A stretch of 64,000 bases of DNA from Tubulanus polymorphus (taxonomy: Eukaryota > Animalia > Nemertea), in contig NC_134036.1 in the NCBI RefSeq assembly GCF_964204645.1, positions 3,038,001 to 3,102,000 of the forward strand, read 5' to 3'. The notes beneath the pieces are model-generated. The model was not told the DNA's origin. It saw only the letters and a list, made by a program, of their open reading frames with translations, and made no database searches. A program made the translations under genes and the position numbers. Below, piece by piece: positions 57,724-64,000 of this stretch. Positions within the stretch are counted from its first letter, which is position 1, and each line of letters opens with the position of its first letter.

Positions 57724-59545
57724 CTGAAAAAGAAACGGCAGAAAATTACGCCATTAGGAATATGGGAAGTGTTACAATGAGCAAAGATGATAAAACTCAG
57801 GGCCTGGTTTTATAGACCGGTTCTACCTTCAACCCGCGGGCTCACTAATTTGAAAATGAATTAAGGTCGCCCCCGTATTAAAGGTCATACCAGTCTGTAA
57901 AACCAGGCTATGTTGTCTTTTGGCGAACTATTCCAAAAAGGACTTACATCGGAGATAACTTTGAAGGCGTTGTGGCAAGCGTCTTTACTCAACCCAAATG
58001 TTTCATACACAATCGTGTATTCTTCCTTGTCGATGACGTTGTCACCTGAAAATCAAACAACATTCGATAATAAATTCCCTGAATATGGATATAGGCACCA
58101 GTGACGTCAGCGAGGGGTCGGGGGTGTGTACGATCTACTGAATAGCTTAATGATATTTCTAGAAATTTCTCTTAGATTGCCTTAGTTTGTACGCCAACCA
58201 ACATTGGAAACTTGCCATATACCACTAAGAAAGGTAATCATGGGGTTTACAACTTCGAGGGTTCGTTATGTAAATCACTTAATGTTTTTTTGAAACCAAT
58301 ATGGCGCCTCGATGTAAGACATCTTTCCGTGTGTGATATTTTGAAATTGCCGAATCAATTCCAAGTACGTAAAGGAATGGTTGACTAAGACCGTTATCCA
58401 TTGTTTGTGGTCTCAACAACTGCTAAGGGACGTGTCAGTTACTAACTTACCTGATGTGTCCGTTACCTCGAAGAAAAAGTTCATATAATTCGTTTGCCAG
58501 TCGGGTAACGTTTGATTCTTGCGATACTGATCCAAACACTCGGACCACATAGTGAACCACTCTTCTTTCGTAACCTGTAGGTCCTGTTAAAGTGGACAAA
58601 ATGTGAGAATTTAAAATCAAGTATTTGTAATGATGTCTGATATGCATCATCGACAAAAAGGTAAACAAGAACGACAAAGTTGATACTGATTCCGCTTTCA
58701 ACTGAGTTTATTTCCAATGAAACATGTAAAACACGTTTCATGATATAGCGCATAAAGAAATTCTGCCAAAAACAAATTATACTCATGCCAAAATTAGGAG
58801 ATACTTCATGCTGAATCCGTGGCAAACATGGAGCATGACAAAGTGATTGTGCAATTCTATACCAAAGTGAAGCAACCAATGCCTTCATTTTTTCTCATTT
58901 ACTCCTCTAACAATCAAAATTGGAATAGCCCAAGAATTATTTCTTCGAGCTCTACGTATTTGCGATCAATCGTTTTCAGATAATGAAATATCAAACACAT
59001 AGAAATAGTTTGTATCACTGCACATGCGCAGCGTGGCCGGAATTTCACAAAACAACCCAATTTAATAAAATCCGTATGTATTATAAACAGTCCTCGACTA
59101 TAGGCCACTTTTAGCGAAGTCATACTCATAAGCATGCATCTTATTTATCGAGGATTGATACACCGAGGAGGAGGCCAATGCCATCGCGTCCAGTTTCTGT
59201 CAGAGCATTGGTCCTATGAAAGACCATGCAAGATCGGTAACGACTTGGACATCAACCGGGTTTATGTACCTTGTTTTTGTCGGCAAGTAGTTGGAGGCCG
59301 TCCCAAACAGTTCTCAACACAGCCAAGCCCGACTTGTGTTTACTTCCGTTCAGTTCCCAGTGATGCAATTTACACACTTTCTAAAAAAATTCATTAACAC
59401 CAAAGAAAATCAGTAAAATCCGTGAAAATTGAAAAGTTCAAATGGGACAGAAACGTGTTCGATAAATCATCAGTTTTGCATTCATATCTTACCTCGATAG
59501 TCTCTTGAAAATCTTTCCACTCGATAACGCCATCGTGATTATAGT
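57616..59545 (-). CDS. Calexcitin / sarcoplasmic calcium-binding (EF-hand) protein, 5 coding exons; first coding exon not found in the window
   Basis: Spliced translation (D)YNHDGVIEWKDFQETIE|KVCKLHHWELNGSKHKSGLAVLRTVWDGLQLLADKNK|DLQVTKEEWFTMWSECL...LPDWQTNYMNFFFEVTDTSG|DNVIDKEEYTIVYETFGLSKDACHNAFKVISD|NGGKLVTREEFKNLWIQFSVSDNPSDRGNSLFGVL*. It closely matches squid calexcitin as I recall it. All introns are GT-AG with consistent phases. Confidence 0.93.
57800..57909. mobile_element. Foldback MITE (15311 family) in the last calexcitin intron
   Basis: gcctggttttatagac ... gtctgtaaaaccaggc, with core ttgaaaatgaa. Confidence 0.72.
57948..58045 (-). CDS. Calexcitin exon (EF-hand 3)
   Basis: ttttcag| acceptor, GAT|gtaagt donor, phase 1-0. 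Encodes GDNVIDKEEY. Confidence 0.93.
58451..58583 (-). CDS. Calexcitin exon (end of EF-hand 2, start of EF-hand 3)
   Basis: ttaacag| acceptor, G|gtaagt donor, phase 0-1. Encodes DLQVTKEEW...DTSG. Confidence 0.93.
59270..59380 (-). CDS. Calexcitin exon
   Basis: ttttag| acceptor, AAG|gtacat donor, phase 0-0. Encodes WDGLQLLADKNK. Confidence 0.92.
59493..59545 (-). CDS. Calexcitin exon (EF-hand 1)
   Basis: ttttcag| acceptor, GAG|gtaaga donor, phase 1-0. EF loop DYNHDGVIEWKD. Confidence 0.92.
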
Positions 59546-59566
59546 CTGAAAATAAAAAAAGGAAAA

Positions 59567-59981
59567 GTCGTCATTAGTAACTTATCATAATTTTATTGAA
59601 TCGTTGAAGTTATCGAGAATGAGAAGGTCGTCATTAGTAACTAATCATAATTTTATTGAATCGTTGAAGTTATTTAGAATGAGAAGGTCGCAATTAGTAA
59701 CTAATCATAATTTAACAGAATCGTTGAAGGTATCGAGAATGAGAAGGTCGTCATTACTAACTAATCATAATTTAACTGAATCGTTGAAGTTATCGAGAAT
59801 GAGAAGGTCGTCATTAGTAACTTATCATAATTTTTTTGAATCGTTGAAGTTATTTAGAATGAGAAGGTCGCAATTAGTAACTAATCATAATTTAACTGAA
59901 TCGTTGAAGTTATCGAGAATGAGAAGGTCATCATTAGTAACTAATCATAACTTTACTGAATGGTTGAAGTTATCGAGAATG
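59567..59981. repeat. 60-bp satellite array (about 7 units, opposite orientation) in a calexcitin intron
   Basis: Reverse complement of the 19.4-kb unit, aligned in the 60-nt register. Confidence 0.95.
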
Positions 59982-60329
59982 GGAAAGAAAACTACACGGA
60001 AATAGCTGCATGAACATTCGGAAAAATTGTTTCATTTCTTTTATTCCTACATGTTATACCTGAAACGGAATTCTAAATAGATCAACCGCAAATAGAACCT
60101 GAACCTAGGCAAAACTGAGGCCTAGAAAATATCCATCATAAATAGATAAACTGTACTTTACACGCTGCAAACAAAGGTATACCTGGGAGATATAAATGTA
60201 TAATGCGGCCTATAAAGTGATATCAAATGGCAACCTAGTATTCCAAAGTAGACAGCCCCGGAGGTGCAAATGGTTTATCCATCTAAGTCCAACGTATTTA
60301 CAAAAAAAAAGCAATGCAAAAGGCAAAAT

Positions 60330-60392
60330 CAGGATTTGAACCCGAAAGCTCAAGAATTCAAAGTTCGCACGTTAACCACTAGGCCACACAGC
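60330..60392 (-). mobile_element. tRNA-derived SINE head or tRNA pseudogene
   Basis: Reverse complement has A box TGGCCTAGTGG and B box GGTTCAAATCC followed by a T-rich tract, but no full cloverleaf. Confidence 0.5.
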
Positions 60393-62665
60393 ATTGTATC
60401 GGTTGGTAACGTTTGAAAGCTTCTGTGGTGACCAGTTGGCCAACCACTGCTGGGTGAAGGAATAAGGTGCTGTATAAGTCTAGAGATAACATAGTGAAAC
60501 ACGCTTAATTCGGATCGGCTAAACACGAATTTCTGTCTAATCCGGACGATATTTGCAGTCCATTTGTTCATTAATATACAAGAAAATGACTTTCCGATTT
60601 TCCGTAAACCGGATGAATTTTGTTGGTTCCGAATGATCCGAATTAAGCGGCTTCAACCGTATATTATTGGCAAAATGTTAGTTATGCTTGATAATGATAA
60701 AACAAAGTTTCAAAGTTTCTTGCTGAACGACAAATTTGAGTTTTTTTCACGCGCTTCGTACACAAACGGAACAACTTCTTCGAAGCGAAACAAATGGAGC
60801 AGATTTCTAAAAGCTACCTTTCAGACAAGATCATTAACAATGGCAGATAACTGAGTTCATTATGAGCTTCACGCCGACAGAACTAGGAAGCCGTATACAT
60901 TGAACTAAAAGGTTCTCCAACGACGATTCCTAATTATAATTTCCAGGAAATATTTACTGTTAATTAATATTAATAATAATGTCGTCGAATATCGTACAAA
61001 CAATCCGAACATCCAGGGTTGTCAATGCGCGCAGTTTCTCCAGACGGTGAACAGTAAACTATGTTCAAATCATACGCATTAAAATATAGGTTTATACGCA
61101 TCATATTAATGTCGTAATCAAGAAGTTTCCAGCTCCTTCGCGCCGTTTTGAGTCCGTCCCAAGAGGTGTTGCGTAAATTTTCACTTTTTTTTGAAACACA
61201 AGTTTATGATCAGATATCAATAATCGCTGCTGTCACTTGCTTGCATCATTATAAAGGAAATGAAACGCCGAATTTTGTTGCTGATTCTCGGGTTTTTCGA
61301 ACGCGACAATATTTAGAAATCGTCAATTTTCACTTTAATCGAAACATTAGTTTTGATTAGATATCAACATGCTCTACATCATGCAGATTTTCTTCGTCAT
61401 TCCATCGCTTGTATAAAGCCTAGATTAATATCAATACCTCCAAGATATTTTCTTTATGATGTCAAGACCACACCCAATAAAACGGTCGAAAGATCTTGAT
61501 TTATTATCTTGATTATGACGCAAACGCTATTTCATTTTGGGACAAATCAGAAATGCCATTTTTTCATCACGGATGTATAGGCCTAACCCCACATTCTGGC
61601 CATGCCATTTTTTATATATTGATGCCTAAACCCACTTTCAGGACAAGGTTAATTCAAAAATGTGTTTCGCACACGTTAGTTAGTATTACATATAAGTTGG
61701 TTGGTTGTTTCATCTCGTATATCACGCGTCTATTTTTCGCTATTTAAAGGAGAGAGAATCGCATCGGTATTTGCTCCGACATTATATCAACACAAAACTC
61801 GGGCCACATTATCAAGAGATCGCGCGCGCGCTCGATTAAACAAAGTCAGAACTGTAACCGAAAACTAAGACGAAAGAAAATATGGAAGAGAGAGAGATGG
61901 TTGCGTTCACCTGGTCGTCTTTAGAGAGATAGGTATCAAGTCATAAATAAATACATTTATATATATTTATCTCTTTATATTTTATGAGTGTGTTGTATGT
62001 TCAGCGATGTAGCAGTGTTGCAGTAACCCGCTACCGTGGGAACACCGCAGATAAACCCAACTGCTGAGCGACGGATTAAAGATCAACCATTTCTAATCTC
62101 CTTTTAAAAAACGACCGAATCAAACGTCGAACTGTTGTTAATTCACCAGGTTCTCCGGATTGTGAGAGATATTTTTCAAAAATTTTTATGTGTTTATGTG
62201 TTTACGCACAATTTCTTTTTTTCATTCACAGAGGCTGATACGATGATGGTCTCTCCTAATTCTAAATGATGATAATAATACTAATTCATTAATTTAGAAT
62301 CGCTACACAAATCACATAGCTCTTTAAGCCGCTTGAACTCTTCTGGTTAATTTGTTAAATAACAGATGTAAAATTGTGTGGGTTTAAAGTTAACAAATAT
62401 ATACAATTTTCAAAATAATTTCTCTAAGATGGCCTAAGCTTTACCTGGAGTACAGTGCGACTGACAGCCGGTGACGGGGTTGTCAAAACAACAATTAATT
62501 TTTGTATGCGCGCACTAGATTAAGTATCGGGAAGAAATTTTGAAATTCAAATTAGCTAAGCGGATTGGAAAGTTTTTCAGCCTACAAGGCACATGTTTAA
62601 CGTTGCTTTAGGCGAGTAGAGATTTTCGAGAAATGAGACGAGTCGAAATTTCAATGGGACCATAC

Positions 62666-62994
62666 TTTTACTGAGTGGTAAAAGTTATCGCAAATAAGAA
62701 GGTCTTTATTAGTAACTATATAATCATAATTTTACTGAATCGTTGAAGTTATTGAGAATGAGAAGGTCGTTATTAGTAACTAATCATAATTTTACCGAAT
62801 CGTTGAAGTTATTGAGAATGAGAAGGTCGTCATTAGTAACTAATCATAATTTTACTGAATCGTTGAAGTTATCGAGAATGAGAAGGTCGTTATTAGTAAC
62901 TAATCATAATTTTACCGAATCGTTGAAGTTATTGAGAATGAGAAGGTCGTCATTAGTATCTAATCATAATTTTACTCATAATCATAATTTTACT
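62666..62994. repeat. 60-bp satellite array (about 5 units)
   Basis: Same unit, with alternating variants giving a 120-bp period. Confidence 0.93.
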
Positions 62995-64000
62995 CTCGAT
63001 GATTGATTTTACTTAATAAAGTTATCGAGAAAACTTGAAGTTCAAGATTGAAAATTCACATCACCGCTAAAAAGGTGACCAAACTACTATGAACTGATTT
63101 CTAACGAGACTATTATTAATTTGCCCACCTAACGCGCTAACTAGAGTTTTTGATATGGCAGTTATTTAATCCACAACAGCCTCGAGTGAGAACTATTCGC
63201 CTGGTGCGGCGGTCGCTTCCGATACCGATCTACAGCTTATGATGTATTAATACACGTGTATATATACATATATATTTATAAATGCATATTTATTTTCATA
63301 TTTGATGTTATTAAAGCAAATAGAAATGAAGAGAGAGAGAAAGAGAAAGCGATACTTCGTAATTCGAAGAAAAATGAATGCGCCCGCATAGGCGCGAAGT
63401 ATTTTGGTATATATAATATATCATGTATTTGGTTCTTTTTTCGAGGCAATACGTGGTTTCGCTGCAACGGGGAAAAATCGTAGGTATAAGAAAGAACTTC
63501 CCATCCTTTGATTATCTCGTGATTAGCTAAAAGTTTTATTTTTTCCATCCATTCATCGATAGCTCTACCGTAGAATCTCAACGATTCTAGAGGTATTACA
63601 TGTGACGTCATGATTAGTTCTTCACCCGTCAGTGTTTGCAGACTTACCATAAAATACTGCCAAATTATTATCAAGCTTCTACTATCATAAACTTCATTAA
63701 TATCATCTATCCTCTTATCAATGCGCTGCACTACTAAAATATTTAAACTCAGGGAATCCCTCCTTTGGTCATAACGCCATCAAATACTTATAACTGTATC
63801 ATAACTTTATCATTATTATCATTATTAACCCACTATTAATTAATCATTATCTAAATAGTACGTACATCGCTTCATATACATGTTATATAAAAATTGAAGA
63901 AAAAATGAGATACTAATACTTATATACAATTCTAAGATCACAGTGCTTACCACAATTCTGTTTAACAAGACCTAGTCATTATAAACTGATAACCCTTTTC

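Noticed and set aside
63276-63731. 151-aa minus-strand ORF, and the FY-G|gtaagt site near 63648 as calexcitin exon 1
   Set aside because: No recognisable domain. The calexcitin-compatible frame has a stop 10 codons upstream and no polypyrimidine acceptor.

Overview
AT-rich, intron-containing animal DNA, probably an invertebrate (lophotrochozoan/spiralian by gene content; this is inference). I assembled by hand a 15-exon, phase-consistent + strand adhesion GPCR (16834..52066, about 1308 aa, N-terminus/signal peptide exon not located). Its domain order is 2x cadherin-like, FN3, 6x EGF, HormR, GAIN/GPS, ADGRG-like 7TM. Its 17.8-kb intron holds a same-strand tandem cluster of intronless FMRFamide-receptor-like class A GPCRs (two intact copies and one truncated pseudogene). 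A convergent five-exon calexcitin/SCP-type EF-hand gene on the - strand (57616..59545) is not visible in the ORF track. There is also a tRNA-Thr(AGT). Non-coding DNA carries nine minimal type-I hammerhead-ribozyme-like motifs of Penelope-like-element type (four with an intact catalytic core, two of them in sense orientation inside introns of the adhesion GPCR), a dispersed 60-bp satellite, foldback MITEs and several local duplications.
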